Origin: Chrysomallon squamiferum
Lineage: Eukaryota; Animalia; Mollusca
Direction: 5' to 3'
Assembly: GCA_012295275.1 (NCBI GenBank)
Contig: CM022671.1
Span: 12,586,001-12,650,000, forward strand
DNA length: 64,000 nt
Below the pieces are notes generated by a model. It ran no database searches and was not told the origin of the DNA. It saw nothing but the letters and a program-made list of their open reading frames with translations. This document shows positions 10,565 to 64,000 of the stretch, piece after piece. Made by a program: the position numbers and the translations under genes. Each line of letters opens with the position of its first letter. The first letter of the stretch is position 1.

Positions 10565-13416
10565 TTAATAATAGAATTGACCTAGGTCATATTTATTTAT
10601 AGTTCGGTGGTTTACGTTTTTACTATTCGTCGAAATGATTTCTGGCGCTTCATTCAAGTTTGTTCTTTTATGATTTTTGTAATTTTGAATATAATTAAAA
10701 ATTAAATAATCATGGATTTCCACTAGTTAATTTAATGCATTATTAAAATATTATGGTTTAGTTTTAGATATATATATATATATATATAATTTTTATTTAT
10801 TTATTCATAAGCTAAAATTATCATCATATTTGAATACAAATTATTTGGTCTCCCTCCCTCTCTCTTAAGTTATAGATATATATTCAACTGGATATGATTT
10901 TATATACTATTCTAGTATCTCTTTTCTCTCTTATAGTTTCGCAGATCCATCTTATTTATTTTATTTTATTTTATTTTATTTATTTTTTATCATCATTGTA
11001 ATAAACTCATAGTTCTGTTTATTAATTTTAGTGTAACTGTCAAGATCGAAACTAAAACATATCCATTTTTATCTTCATTTTTTTTTTTTATAATTATGAA
11101 TGTTATTATTATTTTTTTTCTTCTCAAAAGGCATTTTTTGGTAGGTACAGATATAAGGCTTATAAAGTATAGCTGTAACAAAAGTCTTGAATATTATGTC
11201 TTTAACTGACAACTGCTGTTGAAGATCTGAAACACTTTTCCAGATTACCAATACTGGATAACACTGAGTACAGAACTATTCAAGAAATCACAGTATTATT
11301 ACCTCGAGAATGGAATGTTTGAAAACTGCAAATTTAATAAGTTATATGAACCGTCACACAGGCTGAAGGCACTAATGCGAAATCATTTACCACTTAAGAA
11401 CCACACACACAAAAACACACAAACAACGAAATTTTGATTTTAAATCATCGTGACATCAGAAATCCAGCTAAATGTTGAGCACTGATAATTTTCTGAGTCG
11501 CCTATTTCCTTTTGTTTATGATGAAGTTTATATATTTAATTTTTATTTTTATTTTTTTATTTTTTTATTTTTTGCTTTTATACTTTTTTTTTTTATTATT
11601 TAAAAAAAAATAATAATAATAATAAAAAAAATCCGTCTTAAATAGGTTGTTTTTCTTTCGAGTAAAGGGTTTTCGTTTATTTTTTATTTATTATTTTTCT
11701 CAGTTTTTTAAGCAGAAACATTTACTACATTGGCTGCATTAAATATATTTCTTGTCACAGTGACAAAGCATTCACATGATACTGCAAAGGGCAAATCTAA
11801 TAATACAGTATTTATTTTATTGCCGACACGTTTAAAACTTAAAAAATAACTTATTAGCAAGAGCGGTATTAATTTATTATGCATTAATAAATACTTTTTT
11901 GTTTTTCTGTCAAGCCAGTTTTGTGTGACTGGCAGTCCTCTTACAGACGGTCTGAAAGGATGAAGTTGACGTGTCGCTCTCGTATTTTATTTTTGAAAAA
12001 GGACTTACCACGTCGGTGTGATAGCTTGCAATGACAGGCATCATATTTTTGTGCATTGTCCGGACTTAAAACCAGTGAGAGACAATGTAGTTTGTAATGA
12101 TGTGGTGATATCTTACATTACCTTTGAATGACACCCTATACCCAAATGTTTGTGTTGTTAAACAAACAAAGTGTCTTTTCTCACGCCTTTGATTCAAAAT
12201 TATAATAATATATTTCAAAAGCTTTAATACCGAATATTATACGTAGAAACAGTGAAAACGTAACACAGTCAATACAACGTATTTTTATTAAACATTTTCA
12301 TTTTATTTTTAAAGGAAGACCAACTGCCTTGCCAACAAATTTAGAAATGCATAGTGAAATATGAAATAAAATTAACATCAGTGGTATTTACATATGGAAT
12401 ATTATGCATCGAATATCCACAGTGATCTGAAACATTACAATCTAAGGCAACTATGGGAATGAATATTTCCCATAACTTCCTAGTATGTTAAAAATATACA
12501 AATATTATCCATTATTTGCATCTGTACACATTGTAGAAAAATTGTAATATAGGTAGTGAATGCAAAATGAAATTTTAAATAGTAACAGTAATAAATAATT
12601 TCTACGTAACAATAAGAAATAAACTCTACATAACAATAATAGTAAATTACGTAAAAGTAAATATTGCACATGGGAAGCAGAGAATTTATAACTTTCTGGA
12701 CTATAAAAGTTGTTAACAAAGAAAACGATTTGAGAGACTGGAACTCTGTTCCTTTTCTGGTGAACTTTTCACTATTGTACAGAAAAGCTATTGATTTTAT
12801 CGGTTTGATTTGTCCATTATTTATATACATTTCAGAAACAGATATTAACGTCTTTGAAAGAAAGAAAATGGAATAAAAAATAAAGATAGAAATGAAACAA
12901 ACAAGTTTAATCAAAATGATAGAAGCTTCACAAACATCAAAGAATTATATTATATATTAGAGGTAGATCTGAACAGGCTGCAAGCCATTAACTTCATTTT
13001 ATTTATATTGATTTAATTTATGTTGCCTTGATGACAACTAAAATGTATTAATAAAAAAACCAACCAAAAACACAAAAACAACAACATTAGCGCAATATTA
13101 TTTAGTCAGCAAACACAAAATTATCGATATGAACACTAAATTTAAAAGAAATTTGGTTTTTAATTATTCATGTGTCTCTCTGTGTGTGTTTGTGTCTATC
13201 GGCTACTTAATACTTTTTCTTTTAATTATTATTAATTTTTAATTAATAAGATATTTTGGGTTTTTTTTTCGTGCTTATTATAGCCTGAATGCGTTAAATA
13301 TACTTACAAAATATTATTGATGTGTTTTAATTTAGCCATTAACTTTTTCACATAATAAAGTACCAGAATGTTATTTATAACTGACAGTGATTAGAAACAG
13401 AAAATGACATTCCTGC

Positions 13417-13429
13417 ATCATCATCATCG

Positions 13430-13494
<65 letters not shown>
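13417..13494. repeat. Compound (CAT)n(TAT)n microsatellite
   Basis: Direct inspection. Confidence 0.93.
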
Positions 13495-13496
<2 letters not shown>

Positions 13497-14477
13497 AACT
13501 AATGAACAGAAATTAATTTCTTTCTCTCTTTAAGACATCTTCGTCACATAAATTATGAAATTGCAAAATAGTGAGGAATCAATGATAACTGAATTCTGTT
13601 ACAACATGAAACTATCGAAATTTTTGATGTGAGCTCTGTGAGCATACTGTTTTAAAAAGAGTACCTAACATTTTTATTTTTATTTTTTTTTTTTTTTATT
13701 TTTTTACGGGATTTTAAAAGCGTCATGCCCTAGTTTCATCATCCCTGCTACAAGGTATTTTAAATAAGATGAGTTGAAAACTTTCTGAAAGTAATTTTTG
13801 ACCGAATGACATATGTATTAAATACTGCAAAAGTTGTTATAGAAATATAATTTCTAATTAAAAAAGAAAGAAAAAATGTGTGTATAACAATTACAAATTA
13901 ATAACAAAAATAATCAACAAACTGTGGGGAAAAAATCAATAACAACATGATTTATTCTGACATTCATCTTTGTTTTCGAAAATCACAACCATTGCAAAAA
14001 GGAATATTTTTTAACAGATTCCAGCTAAACATGTCTTTTATTCGTATCTGATGTCCTGAACCATAATATTATTAAAATTGTTACACCACAGGCATTTTTG
14101 AATTTTTTTCTCTTTTCATACCAAATTCTCTTTCACAATTAACAATGCTTAATACAAATAAAGAAATAAAAAGATGTGGAAAAAATTAAACTTTCTTTAT
14201 TCAGGTTGTATGACTATAATTGCTAAAAGTAAATATCTAATTCTTACACCAACCCTACATTCTGTAAATTGTGTCATGGTGCTGAATTGCCTATAAGGCA
14301 TATTCTTCTCAAATGTCCTCTTAATAAGATCAAGCAAAGAAAAATGTGAAATTATAAAGTTAATATTTTGAAGCAAAAAGCACCATGACACATTGTTTTT
14401 GTTATTTTTTGTGCCACCGATGTCATACACTTTTCTTAGTGAAATGTTTTTAGTTTTAAGACGATTGATCCCATATG

Positions 14478-53423
<38,946 letters not shown>

Positions 53424-53794
53424 GTTTAACTACGAATCCAGGTCACTGCGATAACGTGAACACTGTGCACAAGGAGAGAAAAACAGTTTGCTGCAAACGT
53501 AACCGTGTCCTCAGGTGGGAGACAGCTGGCACTACGCAACGATTGCAAATACTGATTAAACTGTCGTCACGATTTATGTTAGGTTTTTTGTTTGTTTTTT
53601 TGGTTTTGGGTTGGTTTTTTTTGCATTTGTACCTGTTGGCATAATTTAAAGTCACTACACCTGGTAACGATGGTAACAGCTAACGAGTTGGTGCAGGAAC
53701 AAAATAGCATGATGTAAAGATATTTAGTTTGACAAATAACAATGTTTAATAACAGCAGTCAGATCAGCGTACATAAATGGATCGTTTACGAGTT

Positions 53795-53813
53795 ATGCAA
53801 ATTGGTCACGTGA
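53795..53813 (-). promoter_or_regulatory. Candidate proximal promoter of a CNG isoform: octamer, CCAAT and E-box
   Basis: ATGCAAAT (53795-53802), ATTGG = CCAAT on the - strand (53801-53805) and TCACGTGA (53806-53813) are packed together ~370 bp upstream of ATG 53423. Confidence 0.4.
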
Positions 53814-54245
53814 ATTATAATAAAATATCGTGAGCATTTTATTTCAAACATAATCAGTAATATGTATAAGATTTAGAAGTTGTCTAATTAAGAATATAGT
53901 ATGCATCCCTTTATTTCTTATTTACCAATATTTTCTTCGTTCAGGTTATTTTCTTTTTCTTCTTCATAATGCTGTTCATTTCACATTTATTTTTCAGTAA
54001 TATAAAACATTTATAAATTTCAAACAAGGTAAACATACGTGAATCTAAAATATGCCTGCTGCAGAGATTAATAATAATAATAAGACAAATATTTTCATCT
54101 TAAAACAGTTTAAATAGAAATGAAACACGAAAAATAACATTATATTATTCCCACTTGAAATAATAAAGGAAGATGTCCAGCTCTGAATTTAGATAAACAT
54201 TTTATATATATATTCCATTCATTATTTTAATGATTTTATGGAGAT

Positions 54246-54276
<31 letters not shown>

Positions 54277-54761
54277 TACACATATAGATAAATTACACCA
54301 AATCTACTGTCAACAAATGACTAAATAGGTAATTTGATCTTGATAAGTATGTGGTGCATATAGTACTATCACTACAGGTTTGAATTCTTACTTATTTTAA
54401 TACACATCTTTATCTGTTTATGTATGTATGTATCTATCTATTTGTCTATCTATCTATCTATTTATCTATCTATCTATATATATATATATATATATATAGT
54501 GCTATATTAATTTATTCCATTGAAGGTGGGCACCTTTTTCTCTTTAAAATCATGTATTTCGTCCAAAAACGCTTAAAGTAGTATATAAGAAAATTCTTAA
54601 ATATAAATTATATTTATTTTGAGTTTTCAAAAGATAAAACAGCTGGGAAAAAAAAATGAAAGAGAAAAATGCTTTTGTTTACGACGTAGTATAGCCATAT
54701 AGTAACATATTTTAAAAATAAACGAGAAAAAGAAACATATTCGTGCCTGGCGATAGACTGC

Positions 54762-54816
54762 TACTATTATATTATTACTATCATTATTATTACTATTACT
54801 ACTTCTACTACTACTA

Positions 54817-54847
<31 letters not shown>

Positions 54848-54913
54848 TATTACTATTACTACTTCTACTACTACGACTACTATTATTATTACTACTCCTA
54901 CTACTACGACTAC

Positions 54914-54981
<68 letters not shown>
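54762..54981. repeat. Compound (TAT/TAC/CAT)n microsatellite
   Basis: Direct inspection; source of the poly-Y and poly-I ORFs. Confidence 0.95.
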
Positions 54982-54983
<2 letters not shown>

Positions 54984-57217
54984 TGTAAAGAAAATGTTAT
55001 GTGTTCCATAAAATATTGTGGTTTTGGTATACCAGTGGAAGAACTTGAACGATAAATTTACAAATTGTCACGCGGGCAGAAATCGACCGTTAATCGATCA
55101 GGTGCTGATTTTAGTTTATCTTTGTTGCTTGTAACAGATTGGAACAAAAAAAATAAATGAAAAAGAGTCACAGTAAATGGTAGTTGATAAACAGAAATTA
55201 CAAGTGACTGAAAAAAGGACAAAAGCACAAAGATATAACTAAAAATCTGGATCATCGACGTTTTCCCTATCAGACTCGTTCTCCTTACAGCTTAAAAAGG
55301 ATAATCTAAAAGCAAGGGCAAGAAGTTAATTGATCAAAATAATAATTTAAACTCCTCTCAATTTCGAAAGGCAAATATTTAAAATTTGTTACGGCTCTAT
55401 TTAATCTTGAAATTTGATACTGAATTTTTCTTATACTTTTCTCGAAGTGGAAGTGCTGAAGAGGAGCACTTCGGACACTTTCATTAATTGACGCAGACTG
55501 ATATCGCTCGAGGTTTTGATCTCCAATTATTGGTAAGAAGATAATTTAGAACGAAGATTGACTGAGATCCAGCCTGTACCTATAGATAACATATTTCAAT
55601 CGATAGGGGTGTTTTCTCGAATTTATACTGCCATAATGAAACTGATTGCGGGTTTGTCCGAAGTAATTCGTTCAATATCCAAAATGTCAGGTTCAGTATC
55701 AGTAGTATAGTAACCATTTGTCGTTGATTCTGAAATAATGCAGAAATGAAGGATGGAGAATCCGAACTCGTGTCATTCTGTGATTCAGCTACTTGTTAGG
55801 GGCTCAAAAACTAATTCGATGATAAGATTTTCCCAATCTGTTAGAAACATTCTGAATGTTAAGTCAGCTTAGGAATTTAATATTAAATATCTTGAATGAC
55901 CAAATTTCAACCATTTCATGTTGTGTAAACATCTTGTTTTTGGCGGAGTATGAAATAGTTTAATTATGGTTTCTAATCTTTTTCTGATCTAATATCTCAA
56001 ATTATTTTATCTTCTTTTTGCGTTCGCAAATTCTATTATAAACATAACTTTAAAAATGTATGCAGTAAATGCGATAAAATAATTTAAAGCATCTTTGCTG
56101 TATCTGTTTTGTTTTGCCTGTTTTTAATATTTTTCAATACGAACAGTTCTTTGGTAATAGCTGTCTCTAAAGCATTAACAAAGTTTCCGACAGCCATTAC
56201 TGTTAGATCATTCATAAAAATCGTTCCTCAACTAGATCGATGTCAACGTAACTTTAGCTAATCAACTGTGCTTTAGTTGTATCACAAGATCATTTGTTCG
56301 TCCCCTTTAATTTTGCTCGAGATTGGAAGTAACTTCAGGCAAACTTCACCAGACAGTTGTCTTGAAACTGTGTCTTTTCTTCCATTTTTCTAGATGTTAA
56401 ACCGAAAACCACATTTCACGGCAAATCAGGATGAAATTCAGCCTATATGTACTAAAAGAAGTTCTGAAAAGTTTTGAATTAGGACGATCATGGAGATTGT
56501 GAACCATAAAATAGCAGGACGTAGCAAAACGGCTTGTCGCAATTTTGAGTTACTTTTACTTGAAAGGTGATCCATTATGAAAGGTGTATCAAATTAATTT
56601 GGTATGTGTTGATGTACTATTCACTGAACATTTTGCCGCTAATATAATTATGATGGAACCTCAGACAGATAGACACAACTGTTGATCACAGCAATGAGAT
56701 TCTATAAAATTTTATTTACAACTTTTTACAATAACGTTAAAGCCATGATGAAGTAGTGCTGTTGTTTTGATGTTTGTAGCGTTCTCTTAAAATCCATTTG
56801 TTCTGTAGCACACGTCTAACTCTAGAACAGAAGCTATAAATCAGCGTTCTTAATACAGTTTAAATACATCCACATAACACAGATGTCATGATACTGAATG
56901 AAACTAAATTTTCAACCTCATAAATCTAATTACCCATGTGATAAATAGATCTTAAATATCGGAAGTATTTGTATATTTAACTTATAAACAAATATTTCAA
57001 TATTATTTGAAGTACGTTATTTACAGACATTACTGATACACATTTTTCTTTCTTCTAACTATATTAAAAAATAAATAAATACGCTTGTGTGATTGTGAAG
57101 CAGAGATAGCCTACGTACTCTGTGTGAATTACATAAAATTTCAGTATATGTTCGGGTAGTGAAATAAGATGAGCGTAACTCGCAGTTTCAACGTTATTCC
57201 TAGTAATTACAGTCACA

Positions 57218-57266
<49 letters not shown>

Positions 57267-59399
57267 TATTTAATTAAGAATTAGCAGAGCTAAAAAGATG
57301 ATAATCTTTAAATTAATAGGATGTAAAGAAAGATAGGTAGAAGGATGAGAAAGAAGAAATCTGAATCTTTATATATGATATTGTTTACCATGTAAATTAT
57401 ACACCTACCACGCATATAAGAATATATAGCATTTACAAAGAATATTATTTTTTATCTAATCATTATATAAGAAGATCATTTACAATGATACATTTTGATG
57501 ACTATTTAATATAATGGTACGGATAAGCATGACTCTCACTGATGATGACGATCACCACCACGATGGTTATGATGATTTAATTATGGTGAATACTAAAGAC
57601 AGAAATTACGTTTATTTTCTGAAATTGAAATGATATTTGTTGTGTTTTCTTTCCTTTCTTTTCTTATTTATTATTAGTTTTGTTCGATATTAATTGAATT
57701 ATTAAACAAAATTAGAAGAACGAACAAAGAAATTAAAGTATTTAAATTTTGAGAAAAAGAAAACTAAAATATATATATATATTTATTTATAGTCAGAAAG
57801 TATTTAATCGCTGACAAAACAGTCCAGAGAATGATATCAACATTTGAGAGAAAAAAAGAATATCTCTCTCTGACATAATGCATTAGCATCATCAACAACA
57901 TCAGCAGAATCAACGTCACAAACAGTAAGCAGAAATAACAGTAAATAATTATAAAATATTGCCACTACTTACCGTACTGTGGTCACGATAAGCCACGTCA
58001 ACAGCTCTGATCACTAAATATAAATGTTTAGCTACAGATAATCATATTCATAAATGTATGTATATATACATATAGAGCTGTCAGATTTACAGCCACTCAG
58101 ATATGTAATGTTTTACTCGCTTGTAATGAAATGTGTGAGTTTTGTTGCAAACGGTACGTTCTTGTCTATGTACAGTATGTTACTTGAAGTTATAAATAAA
58201 TATTATTTAAGTACTGCACATCCACGATTCGTCATATATGTATAAAAATGTTGGGCCACTTCCAGCAATTATTTGATAGTATAAATTCACATTATACAAT
58301 GCACGATGTTTTGTTTGTTAATTAGACTTTTCCTTTTTTTCAAATGTTTTCCTTTTTTTTCTTTTTTGCCCTCATTTTCCTGACTTCTTAAATACATTTT
58401 GTGCAAAATCTAACAAATTCATAAATTGCATTTATTTATATTAAGAATATACATAGTATAAAATCGTCTTTCAAAATAATATTATCAACATTTCAAAAAA
58501 ACGAAACTGACTGAGGCATGTTCATTATTTAATGTTTAGAATAAACGTAGTGTAAATCACTTTACAATAGCTATATTATTTTCTTTACCAATATATTGTT
58601 TCTATGTAAATATGCACTAGAAGAGATTCTGAAATATGCTTACCTTATTTTCTTAAATGTTAATAAAGTCAGTTTGTTTCAAATCCACAAACGATATACC
58701 TTCCATCCAGAACGGACAATCAAATGCAATTAAATGTGAAAATAGCGTTATAAAAGTAATTTCTCAATATCTTCCCATAAAAAAAATAAAAATAAAAAAA
58801 ATAAAATCACCTATTCCTTAGCACGAATATCGATCCATTTCAGGTTTACTGTTTGTATGTTACTTTCCGAATCAACATCAGGATGTAACCAAATACTTCT
58901 TATAAACTGTATCAAAGTCGGGTGTATTATATTATTTTAAGAGTGAGATCTTTGTTTCTGTAAAATATTGTAGAGAGCCATTCATATTTTTTCCCAACTT
59001 ACGATACCATCTAACTTCGAAAGCTGAAACTATTTGTTGTTTCAACAGCTGTGTACGTCCGCGACATGGAGTCCCCTGCTGCTTCAACACACAGTCCTCT
59101 CAGTCTGTCTTAACTTGTCACATATATATACTCTGACAAGAAAGAAACGCAAAGAAGAAAAGTGTTTAATATTTGATCTTACCAAATACTGTTGGCTTTT
59201 TACCTTCTTTTTGTTGTTGTTATTGTTTTGTACACTTGCTGAATGATTATGTTTCTTAATGACCCTAACGCACATTAAACTGTCAGTTGTTTGGCGAAAG
59301 CACATGAAAATCGGTGAATAGTTTGGGTACTGATGGGTAATTAAAGCTGCAATTCTTTCAATAATGCTTCATTTCTATTTCTACGTAGAAATCGAAACA

Positions 59400-59590
59400 T
59401 TGCAATAGGCCGCCTCCGGATAGCTGAATCGCAGTCGGCATTGCTACGCCACGTGAACGTACATCACAGCAGGCAGCAGCAGTTTAAGTCACCTGAAGAC
59501 TAGAAATGCAAGATATCGCATAACAACTGCAGCACAAGATCGCTGCTTCCGGTTTCTGCGTCACCGAACTGCCAGAGGAACGAATAGCGA
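59400..59590. promoter_or_regulatory. GC/CpG-rich patch, candidate distal promoter or first exon of the CNG gene
   Basis: CACGTG (59450-59455), ETS-like CTTCCGGT (59546-59553) and half-CRE TGCGTCA (59557-59563); - strand donor-like CAG|GTGACT near 59490. Confidence 0.3.
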
Positions 59591-61556
59591 ATATTTTGTC
59601 TGTGCATTTTTTTTTGACAGAGTATGCGAAACTTTGACATACTGCTCGAAATTTTAGGTGGTAAAAGTATGACAATAAAAGCAAAAATAAATGCAAAAAT
59701 AACAAAAATAACTACAGCAGTAATAATAATAATGATAAAAACAACGATAAAAATGACGATGATGATTATGAGGAAGAGAGTAAAAAAAGAAAATAAAATA
59801 CAATAATAATAATAATAATAATAACAACAACAACAACAACACTTGGAACCTATCACAGTGAAAACTAATCTCTTTGTAATAATTATGGTTTGTATGTGTA
59901 GATATCTATATATTTGCGTGTCTGAGTGTTCAAGTGTCAGTATCCGTGGATAAGATCATCATCATTTGTAGCACAGATATTCTTTACTACTTTTTTAAAT
60001 TACGATATTAGACACCAAAATACTTGTTTACTTTGTTCTATATCAACAGTTAAATAAACCGTAACAGAAAGATTGTTTAGTCATGTACCGTGACATCTCA
60101 CAGTTTAACATAACAACAGTTAAATAAAACGTAAAGTGGTTTTATGTTTAATTATTTCATAACAACTGTTAATCAAATGTCTCTGTTTTCTTATTGAATC
60201 CTATAAGGCGTAGGTTATTTTTGACATCACAGCAGTTGATTATAACTTTGTACACGCTGATTACTGGTATTATAACAAAGGGTTAGTTAAATGTTACCGA
60301 AACGTTTTATATCTCTGTCCAGCCTGGAAACCAAAATTTCATACTGTAACATTTACTAGTAAGAAAAGTAAGGGTTCTACCTGGACACTGCCTTTGGTTA
60401 CTTGTACCTGTCAGTCCACGCCACAGACACTAATATGCGTTTTGATTATCATGCTACTGCATGTCTAAGTGATTTGATATTTTCGGACATCGTTATTTTT
60501 AACTTCTTCTAGAGCTACCATACTGTTATATATAAAACACTAATTAAAATTTGTTAAACTTTGCATTAAAATATTATTTAGGCGTTACGTAGTCCTGATA
60601 CCGAGGCATCAAACATGTTTATCTAATTAAAACGCTTTCGATGACTCTAACTAAAAAAAAATATTTAAAAATTATAAAGTCCTGTTCGATAAAACGTTAT
60701 TGAGTCATCACTTCCGGCGGTGTAATGTAGTTCTAATTAGGACGTTGCTGGTGCTGTTTAATTAAAACACTACAGACAAGGTACAGAGTTCTGTCTAATT
60801 AAAAATTACGGATCCGTTTTTTAGTCCTCTATAATTAAAAAAAACAACAGAAAAACAACAACAAACAAACAAAAAAATTCTTCCGATACCCGATATAGTT
60901 CTAATATAAACGTTAGACAAGTTTTATAAAACGTTACACATGCATTAGGCAGTATTAAATAGCTTACCCACGCTTTACGAATCTTTATAAATCATGTACA
61001 TCTCCAGTGGTGAATTTGAATTACAACATCTGACTAGTAAAAAGGAAACTGAATGATATTTTCTTGATCAGCTTCCAAATGACGTGGATAGTAACCGGCA
61101 ACTGATAATGTTCAGAGTTTCACATCATTTTTTATTAGCCCTTTCTGACAAAGCCATTTAACCCCATACAGCCTGAGCAAATGACATTTCAGAGATAATC
61201 AAGACATGGAATTTATCAGTGTTTTCATTTGCAGAGGAGATTAATTCACGAGCGGGGAAAAGTTTAAGTAAATATCAGTGTGAGGATTATGAGTTTTACG
61301 TGTCTACGTATATCGTTGGTAATCTCACGCCGCGTTTTAATGACTTTTTATTGTTAGTTTGCAAATGAAATTAAAAAACACAGAAAAAAAAACACATGGA
61401 GAAGCTGAATCTGACATCTGTAAAACAAACAAGATTTGAGTATAATTTAAAAATGTGATTACAGAATTTATGTGTTATTAGATTGCCAAAAATTTAAAGT
61501 ACGGACATTCAGTTAAAGGTATGTCTTTTTCTCACAGAATTAAATTGACTGCATAA

Positions 61557-61972
<416 letters not shown>

Positions 61973-62446
61973 AAAAAAACATCAGCTCACAATTATTTTA
62001 TTAGAAAAAACAGAATTTTTTTTTTCGATGACGCAACAGAGACTAAAACAAAACAAAAAACCCACCCAGGTAAAAAAGATGTTTTTCTCTTACATTCTAG
62101 TTTGAATAACAAATTCAATAAGGTCATCAGGTGTAATTTATCTAACTGTTCCAGCTGGAATGTTATTTTACATGCACGGTATACGCTGTATTCTTTCTAC
62201 GATCACCTGACATCAAACAAATCGATCGCTGTCCTGTCTACTGTCTGTTAACTGTTGTAACACGTTGAAAAAAGGTCAATATGTAAATAATAATAAGCTA
62301 ATAAAGCGTCATGCTGAATTATTTATAATGAGAATGTTTTGGATGACACATATGTGGGTTAACGGAAACGGCATTTTGTTGTGTTTCACTCTCATCTATT
62401 TAGCTTCCAGTAAATAGAGAACCACACACATACATTCATGTTCTAA

Positions 62447-62498
62447 TACATACATACATACATACATACATACATACATACATACATACATACATACA

Positions 62499-62527
<29 letters not shown>
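62447..62527. repeat. (CATA)n microsatellite
   Basis: Direct inspection. Confidence 0.95.
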
Positions 62528-62531
<4 letters not shown>

Positions 62532-64000
62532 GCATCATCACATTATATGTAAATACGTCTAGATGGATCCATACAGGCACATATCAAACATACACACACG
62601 CAGTATAAATTGTCTCAGCAAATAAATATTTTAATTATTAAATGATATATTTGCAATTATATTAAAATAACAATAACAATAACAACAACAACAATAATTC
62701 TCTTGAATAATAAAAAAAACATTTCAGATAAGAATCTTTCATTTGTTCAAATGTAAAGTTTAGTGTGTACTTCTTTACTGTTAGCAATGTAACACATATC
62801 ATGATTGAACATCTCCTTGAAATAATACTGGAATGATTGGGTTTTTTTTCGTTATTATTATTAATTTAAAAAAAAAAAAAAAAAAAAAATAAAAAAAAAA
62901 AAAAAAAAAAATGCGTCTATAATGAAATGATTGCAGTGAAATGTGATAATGTATTCTAAAGAAGATTAATTAGTGGAACATCTGTGGGCACAGATGTTTA
63001 TATGTAACGTTGGTCGTGTTCTCAAAGTAGAATTTATTATTAGCAGATGTGTTCACTATTCACTTAAACACGAAATCTACAATAAATTCGAACGAGTAAT
63101 AACAACAACAACAATAATAATGACGAGGATGATGATTATGATGATCAGGAGTAGAAATAACGTTAGGCAGGGGTTGTTCAGGAGGAGGATTGGTTGTTGT
63201 TATCTTTTACTGTATTAAAAATTTACTTTTTTTTGGAAATTAATCTGATTTGTGCATAAACTAAACGAATCAAAATTAACAGGATCTAAACAAACATTTT
63301 AAATATAAATAAGCAAAAAAAATAAAAATATTTTTCGGAAGATTATTTATTTAGTATAACTACTAATAATAATTCTAATACTACTGCTACTTATTACTTA
63401 CTATTATACTCACATTACTATATTACCATTATCACTACTACAATTACTAATCTGATTACCAAATGTACATTACCATTGTCTGAACTACTATTATATCCAC
63501 CATTACCATATTATCACTACCTATTACTACTATTATAACAGCCATTACTATATTACCATTATCACTACTAGCACCACTACTATTACTACTACTATATAAT
63601 CATTAATACTGCAACACACCAACACTATCAACATATCACGCCATCACCCCCATAACACGTTACTTTTTTACTAATTTATTTCGTTTTTGTATCATAATAA
63701 TTTATAAGTTAAGAAATCCACTGACATTGAACAAGCTAAAAATTAAAATTGTTAAAATGGATTGATTATTAAACTTATCGATTTCACATTTTGATTATAA
63801 AATGTTTCAGCATGTTTTCTGAATAAATAATCTCATTGGTTACACTGAATTGTGATTTGAATTTCAATCAGACACTCATATAATCTTTTTAATTAATTTA
63901 ATCTCCGGTATAAAATAATATTTTGTTAAGCAAAATGGTGCAAGTCCGCACGATATTGGAATAATTTCACTGATGTTAAAAGCATTTTAACTATCTGTAT

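Noticed and set aside
11930-12175. SINE-like remnant ending GTGTTGTTAAACAAACAAA (similar decayed pieces near 480-510, 27230-27390 and 46205-46290)
   Set aside because: It resembles invertebrate tRNA-SINE tails but is too degenerate; I could not show A/B boxes, boundaries or TSDs.

Overview
This is AT-rich, microsatellite-dense eukaryotic genomic DNA with spliceosomal GT-AG introns. It is probably an invertebrate, perhaps a mollusc, but that taxonomy is only inferred from composition and repeat style. I rebuilt three intron-containing genes by hand, with reading frame and intron phase consistent at every junction. (1) ZSWIM7/SWS1 on the + strand (~120-2828, 7 small exons, ~140 aa). (2) PPM1D/Wip1 on the - strand (10499-5182, 5 exons, ~693 aa), tail-to-tail with ZSWIM7. 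(3) A large cyclic-nucleotide-gated (CNG) channel gene on the - strand (coding ~53423/50380 to ~14478, 13-14 coding exons, ~960-980 aa), most like the invertebrate Drosophila CG42260-type subfamily. The last CNG intron holds two adjacent decayed DNA transposons: a Tc1-like relic and an Academ-like deletion derivative with terminal inverted repeats. Other CNG introns hold a ~235-bp fold-back element, several minisatellites (one G-rich) and many microsatellites. Most ORFs in the supplied track are artefacts of repeats, introns or antisense shadows. I found no CRISPR array, rRNA or tRNA, and no convincing wholly new biological system. The best leads are a cluster of p53-type half-sites in PPM1D intron 1, an MLCK-like 1-8-14 calmodulin motif and a Val at the cGMP-selectivity position of the CNG channel, alternative CNG 5' ends, and the Academ/Tc1 pair.
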